This document shows positions 1 to 9,332 of a stretch of 64,000 nt of DNA, one piece after another. The notes under the pieces are model-generated. The model did no database searches, was not told where the DNA came from, and saw nothing but the letters and a program-made list of their open reading frames with translations. This DNA is from Myxococcota bacterium (lineage in GTDB: Bacteria > Myxococcota_A > UBA9160 > JAFDDA01), in contig OZ245817.1 in the NCBI GenBank assembly GCA_965228475.1, positions 1 to 64,000 of the forward strand. Direction: 5' to 3'. Made by a program: the position numbers and the translations under genes. Within the stretch, counting starts at the first letter, position 1. The number at the start of each line of letters is the position of its first letter.

Positions 1-1736
1 ATCCTCAAAGGCTTCTTCGCCGGGACGGCCCTGCTGTTCTCGGCTTCCGTCCTCGCCGCCCCGGTCATCCGGGTCGACCTGCATGCCCCGACCGGCCCGC
101 TCAACACGATCGACAGCGATAGCTCCATCCAGAAGATCTTCGAACGCGACACGGCCATTCCCTACCCGGCGCTCCAGGCCCTGATCGCCGCGGAGGTCGC
201 GAAGGAGGCCGACGCCCGGGGCGACGTCGTGCAGGACTTCAAGGCGGACTACATCGACTACCACATGCAGGTCGACTCCTCGGCGAGCTTCGCCTTCACC
301 GAGACGAACGCGCCGACCCTGACGGTGCTTTCGAAGACCAGAACAAGATCCGCGTGAAGCTCACGACGAAGGCCAAGGTCGACTTCAGCGCCGTGGCCTC
401 CGCCACGACCGAGGATCACCTCATCGCTCCGCCCTTCACCCAGTTCCCGGACTTCGACGGCTCGCTCGCGATCGGCGCGCTGTTCACGGTAAACGCCACG
501 GCGGATCTCGCGCTCTGGCCGACCGTCGTCGCCGAGAACGTTTCGGTGAAGCTCGAGAACGACGTGCCCGAGGTGACGGTCGAAGGGCTCCAGGGCGACA
601 TGCAGGAGTTCGCCGTGGTGGTCGGGACGACGCTCGGCTTCACGCCGGTCGGCGCCCTGCTCGGCGGCCCGCCGGCGATGGGGATCGCGGCCCTGCTCGG
701 CAGCAACGCCGCCTACGACGCGGCCGTGACGGCGATCCGCGACGAGATCGTGAAGGGCCTCGAGGAGGCCGTGAAGGAAGCGAACACCGAGCTGAAGGAT
801 CAGCTCGAGGCCGTGCTCGTGCCGGCGGTCGCCTCGGCCAACGCCGTGAAGGACCAGGCGCTCGCGACGAGCATCCCCGGCCTCGGTGGCAGCGTGAACC
901 AGCTCCAGTCCCAGGCGGGCGTGAGCCTCGACGTCCGGACCGACAGCTACATGGGCGGCGGGACGCGCACCGTGGTCACCGTGCGCTTCGACGGGCAGCC
1001 GCGCTCGGGCCGGATCTCGGGCACCATGCGGCTTCCCAAGAGCAAGTGCAGCAAGACGAACAAGAAGATGGCCGGCATGACGGTCACGACGGGCCTGCTC
1101 GTCCCCCACAACGAAGACCTCTCCCAGGGGATGTCCTGCTCGGCGGTGCTCGGCAGCACGATCGGCAAGGACGTCTTCCTCGGCGGCCGGCCGCCCGGAA
1201 CGTCGCTCGCGAAGTGGAAGAACGCGGGCGGGCAGCTCCTCGGCAAGGGCTCGGTGCAGGACGTCTCGACGGGCGCGAACTCCGGCTACTACGAGTGCGG
1301 CTTCGAGGTGACCGGCCTGCCCAAGGGGGCCCTCTCCTTCGAGAGCACGGGCGCGCTCGCCAACCGCCTCGGGGACTACGCGTTCGTGAACGAACGGCGC
1401 TGGGTGCTGCTCTCGGGCATCGGCCAGCCCTGGGAGCTCGGCGGGGAAGGCGTGTGCGGCGGCGTCGGCGTGAGCGGTGGGCTCACGCCCAACAAGGCCG
1501 AGCGCATGAAGGGCCGCTTCGACCCCGTCTTGAATCCGGCCCAGGAGCGGGGCGGCATCCAGATGCAGCGCAACCCCGCGGCGACCCTCCAGCAGCGCGG
1601 CGCCGGCGCGATCCAGAAGAACCCCGCCGCGACGACACCGGTGCTCGAGAAGGAGGCCGAGGGCGTGATGCAGCGCGGGAAGTCGAAGATGAAGGCGCCG
1701 GCCGGGCTAAAGGAGAACGTCCCCCAGCTCCGCTAG
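1..1736 (+). CDS. Secreted hypothetical protein, 5'-partial, with an apparent 1-nt frameshift near 328-331
   Basis: Frame 1 from base 1 reads ILKGFFAGTALLFSASVLAAP (signal-peptide-like) and stops at 355-357. Frame 3 continues with FEDQNKIRVKLTTKAK into the 354..1736 ORF. Confidence 0.6.
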
Positions 1737-1758
1737 GGCTCGGGGACGGGCGCGCCGG

Positions 1759-2655
1759 CTAGCGCAGGGAGATCGATCCGTTCGAGGTGCGCAGGCGGAT
1801 CGCGACGCCGCCGCGTCCGAGGCGCCCGCGCACGCGGCCGAGCCGGTCGCCCGAGGCGCCTTCGAGATCGCGGTGGTTGCGGATCACGCCGTTGTCGACG
1901 CGCAGGTCCACGTCCGCGTCGACCTTCTCCGGGAGCTCGACGACGATGCGGCCGTTGCTCGTCGCGAGCAGCAGCCCCTCGCTGCCGAGGGCTTCGAGGG
2001 AGGCGTGGATCAGCCCGTTCGAGGTCATCGCGTCGACGGAGCCCGCGTGCTCGCTGATCTCGATCTTCCGGTTGCTCGAGCGGGCGACGAGCCGCCCGTG
2101 CGTTCCGGTGCAGCAGACCTTGCCGTTCGAGGTCTGGACGTCGATGTCGCCTTCCACGTCTTCGATGCAGATCGATCCGTTGCTCGAGCGGCTCGTCACC
2201 GGGGAGCGCAGGCCGCCGATGTGGATCGATCCGTTCGAGGAGAAGACCTCCACCGGGAAGTCGCGCGGGATGCGCACCTCGATGTTCGCGCTGCCGTGCC
2301 GGTTCCAGCGCTTCGGTACGACGACCTCGAGGGAGAGGCGCGGGCCGCTTTCCTCGGCGTCGACGGTGATGGTGTCGACGAGCCGCGCCGCGGCGTCCTC
2401 GGATTCGGCCCGGGCGGACTTCGCGACGACCACCTGAACGTCCGTGCGCTCTTCGCCGATGATCCGCGTCTTGCCGTTCGAGTTTTCGACGCGCAGGCGG
2501 CGGCCGGCCGGCGCGGGAAGGGTCAGGGTCTCCTCGCCCTCCGCGCGGTCGCTCCAGGGCAGGCCCGAGAGGATGCTCCGCAGGAACCCGCCGAGGCCGC
2601 CACCCTCGTGGCCGGACTCGTGGCAGTCTTCGTCGTGTCGTCGGCGAAGGCTCAT
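1759..2655 (-). CDS. DUF4097 family beta-strand repeat protein
   Basis: Repeated (T/S)SNGxI motifs; ATG at 2655 overlaps the cobB stop (ATGA). Confidence 0.8.
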   Translation of the reverse strand: MSLRRRHDEDCHESGHEGGGLGGFLRSILSGLPWSDRAEGEETLTLPAPAGRRLRVENSNGKTRIIGEERTDVQVVVAKSARAESEDAAARLVDTITVDAEESGPRLSLEVVVPKRWNRHGSANIEVRIPRDFPVEVFSSNGSIHIGGLRSPVTSRSSNGSICIEDVEGDIDVQTSNGKVCCTGTHGRLVARSSNRKIEISEHAGSVDAMTSNGLIHASLEALGSEGLLLATSNGRIVVELPEKVDADVDLRVDNGVIRNHRDLEGASGDRLGRVRGRLGRGGVAIRLRTSNGSISLR

Positions 2656-3473
2656 GGGCGGACCTCGGCGCGCACGTGTTCGAGCAGCCGCGGGAGCACC
2701 CCGCCGCCGGTCCCTTCGAGGGTCGTCGTCGCGGCCGGGGTGAGCTCGCTCGGCAGCGGGTTCACCTCGATGACGGCGCCGCCGCTGCGCAGCACCTCCA
2801 TCGGGAAGTCCGCTGCAGGAAAGACCGTGGCCGAGGTGCCGGCGACGATCATCACGTCGCAGCGGGCCACGTTCTCGAAGCAGCGGCGCAGGACGTCCTG
2901 GGGGATCGGCTCGCCGAACTGGACCGTGTCGCCCTTCACGAGACCGCCGCAGCTGGGACAGAGGGGCGGCAGGCTCTCGCGGTCGACCGGGATCTCGTCG
3001 GGGTCGAAGCGGGCCGTGCAGCCGAGGCAGCGCAGCAGCCGGTGGCTGCCGTGGATCTCGAGCACCTCGCGCGAGCCGGCGTCCGAGTGAAGGCCGTCGA
3101 TGTTCTGGGTGATCGTGCAGGCCAGGCGGCCGTCGGTTTCGAGTTCGGCCAGGGCGCGGTGGCCATCGTTCGGCTTGGCGGCGGCGAGGGTGTCGGAGAG
3201 TCCCTGGAGCCAGGGTTCCTTCACCGGGTCGAGCCGCTTGCGCCAGGCCTCGGCCGGGTCCGCCAGGAAGCGCTGGTAGCCGTCCATCGGCGGCTCGCCG
3301 TACTTCGTCCACAGGCCGCCGGGCCCGCGGAAGGGCGGGATCCCGCTTTCGACCGAGAGTCCGGCCCCGGTGAGGGCCACGACGTGCGCCGCGTCGCGAA
3401 CGAGCCGGGCCGCTTCCGCGATGCGCGCATCGAGTTCCGGCGTCAGCTCGAATCGGATGGGAGCTTCGGACAT
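2652..3473 (-). CDS. cobB: NAD-dependent protein deacylase (sirtuin)
   Basis: TGAGLSVESGIPPFRG, ITQNIDGLH, EIHGS, two CxxC zinc motifs, GTSATVFPAA. Confidence 0.92.
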   Translation of the reverse strand: MSEAPIRFELTPELDARIAEAARLVRDAAHVVALTGAGLSVESGIPPFRGPGGLWTKYGEPPMDGYQRFLADPAEAWRKRLDPVKEPWLQGLSDTLAAAKPNDGHRALAELETDGRLACTITQNIDGLHSDAGSREVLEIHGSHRLLRCLGCTARFDPDEIPVDRESLPPLCPSCGGLVKGDTVQFGEPIPQDVLRRCFENVARCDVMIVAGTSATVFPAADFPMEVLRSGGAVIEVNPLPSELTPAATTTLEGTGGGVLPRLLEHVRAEVRP

Positions 3474-3483
3474 GCCTTCCGCC

Positions 3484-4239
3484 TCAGTGCATCCGGTCGC
3501 CGGGGCCGCGGCCCTGGTCGCGCCGGCGCTGCTCTTCCCAGCGGCGGTCGTCGTCGCGCACGGCCTGGAGGTTCCGCCGCATCTTCCAGCGCCGGTAGCG
3601 GTACTTGAGCTTGTTCACGGAGAGCACGCCCTGGGTGCGCCCGTCCCGAGAGAGCAGGATCCATCCGACGATCACGCCGCCCAGGTGGCCGATGTGGCTC
3701 ACGTTGCTCGGGCCCGCGGCGTACTCCATGAAGAGGATGAAGGGGATGAAGTAGATCGCCTTGATCGGGATCGGCGGGAAGATCAGCATGATGTAGCGGT
3801 CGGGCCAGGTCAGCGAGTACGCGAGCAGCACGCCGAAGACCGCGCCCGAAGCGCCGAGGGTCGAGTGGCCGAGGATGTTGCTCGGCTGGATGCCGAGCCC
3901 GACTGCGACGTAGGGCCAGGCCGCGATGATGAAGCCCGCGCCGACGCCGCAGATCAGGTAGAAGCGCAGGAACTTCTTCTCGCCCCAGGCCATCGCGATC
4001 TGCGTGCCGAACATCCACAGGGCGAACATGTTGAAGGCGACGTGCATGAGGCCGCCGTGCAGCCACATGTAGGTGAAGGGCTGCCAGAGCCAGCCTTCCT
4101 GGAAGACCCGGTAGGGGACCACCGCGCCGAAGCTCGTGATGCCGAGCTGGGGCATCACGACCTGGAGCACGAAGACGACGGCGTTCGCGATGATCAGCTG
4201 CTTGATCACCGGGGGGGTGACCGGCGGCCCGAAGGACAT
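3484..4239 (-). CDS. Rhomboid family intramembrane serine protease
   Basis: WQPFTYMWLHGG..HVAFNM, GASG catalytic Ser, HIGHLGG. The start could lie further upstream. Confidence 0.9.
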   Translation of the reverse strand: MSFGPPVTPPVIKQLIIANAVVFVLQVVMPQLGITSFGAVVPYRVFQEGWLWQPFTYMWLHGGLMHVAFNMFALWMFGTQIAMAWGEKKFLRFYLICGVGAGFIIAAWPYVAVGLGIQPSNILGHSTLGASGAVFGVLLAYSLTWPDRYIMLIFPPIPIKAIYFIPFILFMEYAAGPSNVSHIGHLGGVIVGWILLSRDGRTQGVLSVNKLKYRYRRWKMRRNLQAVRDDDRRWEEQRRRDQGRGPGDRMH

Positions 4240-4516
4240 TCCGCCACCGCCGTATCCGTATCCGCGTCCTTGCACCCGTATTCCTGCCTTTCCCGGTCGG
4301 TTCCGTTCACGCACCGGTCGTCCGACCGGCGTCACACGTCAGTGCGTCACCCGGGGGCGGGCTCCGCTGCGTGGTTCCTGGAAAAGCCTAACCGAGGTTG
4401 GCGGGAAGGGCGCAGGTTCCCGCGGGTTCGAATCGAGGCTAAGTCCTCGATTCCTCGGGGTCAACGCCGCCTGAGGGCTCGCCCGCCGCGCGAGGCGGCG
4501 GGGCCGGGGAGGCGCG

Positions 4517-5449
4517 TCATGAGGCCGCCACGGGCGCCAGGGCCTCCATCACCTGCCGGCTCGCTTCCGCCTCGAGTCCCGTCAGATCGAGGATCGGCAG
4601 GTCGATTCCCAGGCCCTCCCGGATCTCGGCGAGGCGGTCCCGGCAGGCAGCGGCCTCGCCGGCGACGAGCCCTTCGCCGAGCTCCTCGGAGGCGATCTCC
4701 GCGAACCAGGGGTTGATCCGGCGGAACTCGGCCTCGAGGGCTGCGTCATTTCGCGTCATGACGATGCGGGTAAAGATCCATTGGCTGCGGCGGACCTCGG
4801 CCGGGTCGCGGCCCTCCGCCTCGCAGGCTTCCGCCAGCCACCCCGCTGCCCCGAGAACGCGGCGCCGGATCGGCGGCCAGTTCACGTCCCAGGAATCGCC
4901 GTGACGCGCGACCACGCCGAGCAGGCGCCGGCCCCGGCCCGCGATCTCGATCGGGATGCGGCCACCCGGCGGGGCCGGCCGGATGCGTGCGTCATCGAGC
5001 GTCACGAAACGCCCCGCCCGCGAGACGCTCTCGCCGCGCCAGAGCGCCCGGACGGCTTCGAGGGTCTCGTCGAGGCGTTCGACGCGCTCGGCGCCGCTGC
5101 CGTAGGGCAGGCCGAAGCGGCGGTCGATGGGCTGGGCGCCAGCCGTGGCACAGAAGCGGAAGCGCCCGCCGAAGATCCGCACCGCGGTCGCGGCGGCCTG
5201 GGCGAGGCGAGCGGCGTTCCAGTGGTGGGGGAGCCGCAGGGAGCCGATCGCGATGCGCGACGTCTCGGCGAGGAGCGCGAGCTGGGTCGTGAAGCCATCG
5301 AGGGTCTCGGCCTCGGTCCGCTTCGCGAGCATGGAGACGTCGCCGTCGACGTGGGCGACCTCGTAGCCGCAATCCTCCGCATGACGCACCAGGGCGAGCA
5401 GGGTCTCGAACGCGTGGGTGTGGGCCCCGAGCGCGACCCCGAGCCTCAC
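4517..5449 (-). CDS. LLM-class flavin/F420-dependent oxidoreductase
   Basis: Luciferase-like pattern (LAETSRIAIGS, ERVERLDETLEAVRALWRG, IPIEIAGRG); GTG start overlaps the NUDIX stop. Confidence 0.8.
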   Translation of the reverse strand: MRLGVALGAHTHAFETLLALVRHAEDCGYEVAHVDGDVSMLAKRTEAETLDGFTTQLALLAETSRIAIGSLRLPHHWNAARLAQAAATAVRIFGGRFRFCATAGAQPIDRRFGLPYGSGAERVERLDETLEAVRALWRGESVSRAGRFVTLDDARIRPAPPGGRIPIEIAGRGRRLLGVVARHGDSWDVNWPPIRRRVLGAAGWLAEACEAEGRDPAEVRRSQWIFTRIVMTRNDAALEAEFRRINPWFAEIASEELGEGLVAGEAAACRDRLAEIREGLGIDLPILDLTGLEAEASRQVMEALAPVAAS

Positions 5450-5973
5450 TTCGGGCCGAGCCTTCCCAGGCGGTGGGCCGCGTGGATCAGCGCCAGGGCC
5501 GACTTGCCGTCGCGGATGCGGCCGTCGAAGACCATGGCGAGGGCTTCGTCGAAGGGAGTCGGGACGACGCGGATCACTTCGTCGGGCTCGAGCCGCTGCT
5601 CGGTGGGCTCGAGGTCGTGGGCGGCGAAGAGGTGGATCACCTCGTCGGTGAAGCCCGGCGTCGTGAAGATCGAGGCCAGGTGCTCGAGCCGGCCGGCCCG
5701 GTAGCCCGCCTCTTCTTCGAGCTCGCGCGCGGCGCAGCGCTCGGGTGCTTCCTTCGCGTCGAGCTTGCCGGCCGGGATCTCCCAGATGTGGCCGTCCGCG
5801 GCCGCCCGGAACTGCTCGATCAAGAGCACTTCGTCCGGGGTGCGGAAGGGGACGATCGCCGAGGCGCCCGGGTGGCGGATGATCTCGAGCTCGACGTTCC
5901 GGCCCCCGGGAAGCGCCACGTCGGCGAGGCCCACCTTCACCACCCGCCCGTCGTAGACGATGCGCTCGCTCAC
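5446..5973 (-). CDS. nudF: NUDIX hydrolase (ADP-ribose pyrophosphatase-like)
   Basis: Nudix box GKLDAKEAPERCAARELEEEAG; HPGASAIVP; TPGFTDE. Confidence 0.85.
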   Translation of the reverse strand: MSERIVYDGRVVKVGLADVALPGGRNVELEIIRHPGASAIVPFRTPDEVLLIEQFRAAADGHIWEIPAGKLDAKEAPERCAARELEEEAGYRAGRLEHLASIFTTPGFTDEVIHLFAAHDLEPTEQRLEPDEVIRVVPTPFDEALAMVFDGRIRDGKSALALIHAAHRLGRLGPK

Positions 5974-6707
5974 GAGCGACGCGCCCCGGTCTTCTTGCGA
6001 ACCGTCTTCGCGCGCGGCGCCTTGCGCACGGCCTTGCCGGTGGCGGCCTTGCGGGCCGCCGGCGAGCCCGGCCAGGGGCACTCCTCGCGCACCGGGCAGC
6101 GCTCGCACTGGGGCTTGCGTGCGTCACAGCACTCGCGCCCGTGGTGGATGACGCGGTGGGAGTACCAGGTCCAGTCCGCCTCCGGGATCAGCTCCATCAG
6201 GTCGCGCTCGATCTTCACCGGGTCGTCCTGGCGCGTCAGGCCGAGGCGGCCGTTGATCCGCTTCATGTGGGTATCGACGGTGAGGCCGGGAACGCCGAAG
6301 GCGTTGCCGAGCACCACGTTCGCGGTCTTGCGCGCGGCGCCGCGCAGGGTGACGAGCTCCTCGAGGGTGCGCGGCACCTCGCCGTCGAACTTCTCGACGA
6401 TGTCCTGCGACGTGTTCAGGAGCGACTTCGCCTTCTGGCGGTAGAAGCCCGTGCGGCGAACCAGCTCCTCGAGGTGGCTGAGCTTCGCCTCGGCCATCGA
6501 GTGCGGGTCCGGGTAGTGGGCGAAGAGATCCTTCGTCACGAGGTTCACCATCTTGTCGGTGCACTGGGCCGAGAGGATGGTCGCGATCAGGAGCTGGAAG
6601 GGCGTCTCGTACTCGAGGGCGCAGTCCGCGTCGGGGTAGGCGCGCTCGAGCTTCCGGTGGATGCGCAGGGCGCGCTTCTTGCGGTCGGCCTGGCTTTCGC
6701 GGGGCAT
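5970..6707 (-). CDS. nth: Endonuclease III
   Basis: LLIATILSAQCTD, HhH region RKTANVVL, VDTH, C-x6-C-x2-C-x5-C 4Fe-4S motif; K/R-rich tail. Confidence 0.95.
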   Translation of the reverse strand: MPRESQADRKKRALRIHRKLERAYPDADCALEYETPFQLLIATILSAQCTDKMVNLVTKDLFAHYPDPHSMAEAKLSHLEELVRRTGFYRQKAKSLLNTSQDIVEKFDGEVPRTLEELVTLRGAARKTANVVLGNAFGVPGLTVDTHMKRINGRLGLTRQDDPVKIERDLMELIPEADWTWYSHRVIHHGRECCDARKPQCERCPVREECPWPGSPAARKAATGKAVRKAPRAKTVRKKTGARRS

Positions 6708-6743
6708 GGCGCGGCCGAGGGTAGCGCGGCAATCTCCTGCGCC

Positions 6744-7376
6744 ATGGGTGTCTCCGAAGAACGCGCCGTCCCGATCCCCGTGCCGGCCACGCCGGGCCTG
6801 GTGCTCGACGGCCTCTACGTCGCCGTCCACGACGCGGAGGCCGCCGGTGCGGTGTTGGCCGCGCCGCATCCGCTCTACGGCGGGAGCATGGACTCCCCGG
6901 TCGTGAACGAGCTGGCCCAGGCCTGCGACGTCTCCGGCATCGCGAGCCTCCGCTTCAACTGGCGGGGCGTGGGCGCGAGCGGCGGGGACCCGAGCGGCGA
7001 GCCCGGCCACGCGGACGCGGATTTCGAGGCCGCCCTCGAGCAGATGGGCGAGACCGTCACCGGGCCGCTCGTCGCCTGCGGCTACTCCTTCGGGGCCGCG
7101 ACGGCGGTGCGCTGCGCCGCCCGGAACGCGCGCGTCATGCGGCGCGTGCTCGTCGCGCCGCCGCCCGCCCTGCTCGACGCGGACCTGCTCGAGAAGTTCC
7201 CCGGCAAGACCCTGATCGTCGGCGGCGAGAACGACGAGCTCGCTCCCGTGGATGCGCTCTCGCAGTGGGCCGCGGAGAACGATCGCATCGACTTCGCGAT
7301 GGTTCCCGAGGCCGATCACTTCTTCGCCTTCGGCCTGGCGGACCTCGGCCGCAGCGTCCGGGCGTTCCTCGGCTAG
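6744..7376 (+). CDS. Alpha/beta hydrolase
   Basis: HPLYGGSMDSPVV, LRFNWRGVG, GYSFG nucleophile elbow, ADHFF. Confidence 0.88.
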   Translation: MGVSEERAVPIPVPATPGLVLDGLYVAVHDAEAAGAVLAAPHPLYGGSMDSPVVNELAQACDVSGIASLRFNWRGVGASGGDPSGEPGHADADFEAALEQMGETVTGPLVACGYSFGAATAVRCAARNARVMRRVLVAPPPALLDADLLEKFPGKTLIVGGENDELAPVDALSQWAAENDRIDFAMVPEADHFFAFGLADLGRSVRAFLG

Positions 7377-8548
7377 CTCGCCCCGGTGCCGCCCGCGAGC
7401 GGCCAGGCGAGGGCCATGCGGGTTCCGCCCTCGCGGCGCGCTTCGGCGCGGATCGTTCCGCCGGAGGCCAGCACCATCCGGCGTGCGATCGCGAGCCCGA
7501 GGCCGCCCGGGCGGTCCGTTTTCGTCGAAAAGAAAGGTTCGAAGATCCGCTCGCGCAGGGCTTCGGGGATGCCGGGCCCGTCATCGTCGCAGGCCACCCG
7601 CGCGGCTCCTTCGGCCGCCACGGCGACGAGCCGGACGACGCCGCCCGGGGGCGTGGCGTCGATGGCGTTCAGGGCCAGGTTCAATACCACCTGGTGAAGC
7701 CCGTCGCGATCCATCGGGACGGGAGCGGCCGCGGCCGCCCGCACCTCGAGGCTCACGCCGCGTTCCTGGGCGCGGTGGCTCAGCAGCCCCGCGACGTCCT
7801 CGAGCACCCGCGCCGGCTCGGTCTCCTGGCCGGCGCCCCCGGGCGCGGGCTGCGCCTGGTCGAGGATCTGGCCGAGCAGTCGCTCGATGCGGCGCACCTC
7901 CTCGCCGACGACCTCGAGGAAGCGGGTCTGGAACTCGGCGTCCCCCGAGCGTTGGGGGAGAAGCTCGAGGAAGGTCTTCACGGAGACGAGCGGGTTGCGG
8001 ATTTCGTGGACGATCTCGGAGACGAGCTCGCCGAGGCCCGCCAGCGAGTCGAGCCGGCGGACGCTCTCGTCGAGGGCGGCGAGCCGCCCCGCAGCGCGCT
8101 GCACGTCGACGGCGCTTCCGAGCCGGGCGGCCTCGGCGTCGAGGGCAGCGAGCGTCTCGGCGCGCACGGCGCCGGCCGGGTCGCGCGGCCCGCCGAGGAC
8201 GAGCACCGGTGCGCCTTCGCCGGCGCGGCCCAGGGCGACGCCGGCGCCGAAGCCCGTCCGAAGCGCCTCGTCCCGTGCGGGCGTCTCGCCGAGGTCGACG
8301 GCCCGCGCCCGGTTCGCGAGTTCGTCGAGCAGGGCCGGGTTGGCCGGGTGCGGCCCGGTGGCCTCCGGGGTGGCGGCGACGATGCGCGCGCCGCCCTCGG
8401 CGTCGCCCTGCCAGACCGCGACGCGCGGGCAGCCCGTGGCCTGCGCGAGCCGCGCGGCCGCCGCCCGGAGGACGGTCGCGACGTCGCGCTCGACGGCCGC
8501 CGGAGCTTGCCCGGGCGCGCCGCTCGTCGGCTGGAAGGTCTCGCTCAC
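7373..8548 (-). CDS. Sensor histidine kinase (GAF-like + HisKA + HATPase)
   Basis: HEIRNPL, QVVLNLALNAIDA, DDGPGIP, FEPFFSTK, GLGL. Confidence 0.9.
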   Translation of the reverse strand: MSETFQPTSGAPGQAPAAVERDVATVLRAAAARLAQATGCPRVAVWQGDAEGGARIVAATPEATGPHPANPALLDELANRARAVDLGETPARDEALRTGFGAGVALGRAGEGAPVLVLGGPRDPAGAVRAETLAALDAEAARLGSAVDVQRAAGRLAALDESVRRLDSLAGLGELVSEIVHEIRNPLVSVKTFLELLPQRSGDAEFQTRFLEVVGEEVRRIERLLGQILDQAQPAPGGAGQETEPARVLEDVAGLLSHRAQERGVSLEVRAAAAAPVPMDRDGLHQVVLNLALNAIDATPPGGVVRLVAVAAEGAARVACDDDGPGIPEALRERIFEPFFSTKTDRPGGLGLAIARRMVLASGGTIRAEARREGGTRMALAWPLAGGTGAS

Positions 8549-8643
8549 GACCGGTTGCTAACCCGTCGCCGGCGCCGCTGTCAATTCGGCGACTGCGTCG
8601 CGCCACCTTGCCAGGGCGTCCGCCCTGTTCGAATCTTCGCGCC

Positions 8644-9300
8644 GTGGAACCCCTCGACGCCCTGCTCTTCGATCTCGACGGCGTGATCGCCGATTCCCGC
8701 TACGCCATCACGCGCTCGATGAACCACGCCCTGCGCGTTCATGGCATTCCGGAGCAGCCCGAGGAGGAGCTCGTCGGCCTGATCGGCCCGCCGCTCCTGC
8801 ACGCCTTCGAGGTCGTGCTCGGGCGCATCGGGGCCGACCTCCGTTTCGCGGAGGGCTGCGTCGGGGCGTACCGCGAGCGCTACGCCGAGGCGTGCCTCGT
8901 CGAGACGCTGCCCTACCCGGGCGTCGACCGGCTGGTCGAGACGCTCGCCGGGCGCATGCCGCTCGTGGTGGCGACGTCGAAGCCCACCCACTTCGCCGAG
9001 CCGATCCTCGAGGAACTCGGCCTGCGCAGCTCGTTCCGGGCGGTGGTCGGGCCGGAGCTCTCGGCCCGCGCGGAGACGAAGAGCGAGACCGTCGCGCGCG
9101 CCGTCGAGACCCTCGGGCGCCCAAAGCGCGCGGCGATCATCGGCGACCGCCACTTCGACGTGAACGCCGGCCGCGAGCACGGCCTCGCCACGATCGGCGT
9201 GACCTGGGGGTTCGGGAGCCGCGAGGAACTCGAAGAAGCCGGCGCGGACCACGTCTTCGATACGCCCGAGGCGCTGCTCGAGAGTCTCGTCGAGTCCTAG
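8644..9300 (+). CDS. HAD hydrolase (phosphoglycolate phosphatase-like)
   Basis: FDLDGVIADS, ATSK, IGDRHFDV, GVTWGFG. Confidence 0.88.
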   Translation: MEPLDALLFDLDGVIADSRYAITRSMNHALRVHGIPEQPEEELVGLIGPPLLHAFEVVLGRIGADLRFAEGCVGAYRERYAEACLVETLPYPGVDRLVETLAGRMPLVVATSKPTHFAEPILEELGLRSSFRAVVGPELSARAETKSETVARAVETLGRPKRAAIIGDRHFDVNAGREHGLATIGVTWGFGSREELEEAGADHVFDTPEALLESLVES

Positions 9301-9332
9301 AGGCGCTCCTCGAGAGTCTCGTCGAGTCCTAG
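9269..9332. repeat. 32-bp tandem duplication at a convergent gene junction
   Basis: aggcgctgctcgagagtctcgtcgagtcctag (9269-9300) vs aggcgctcctcgagagtctcgtcgagtcctag (9301-9332), 1 mismatch. Confidence 0.95.
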
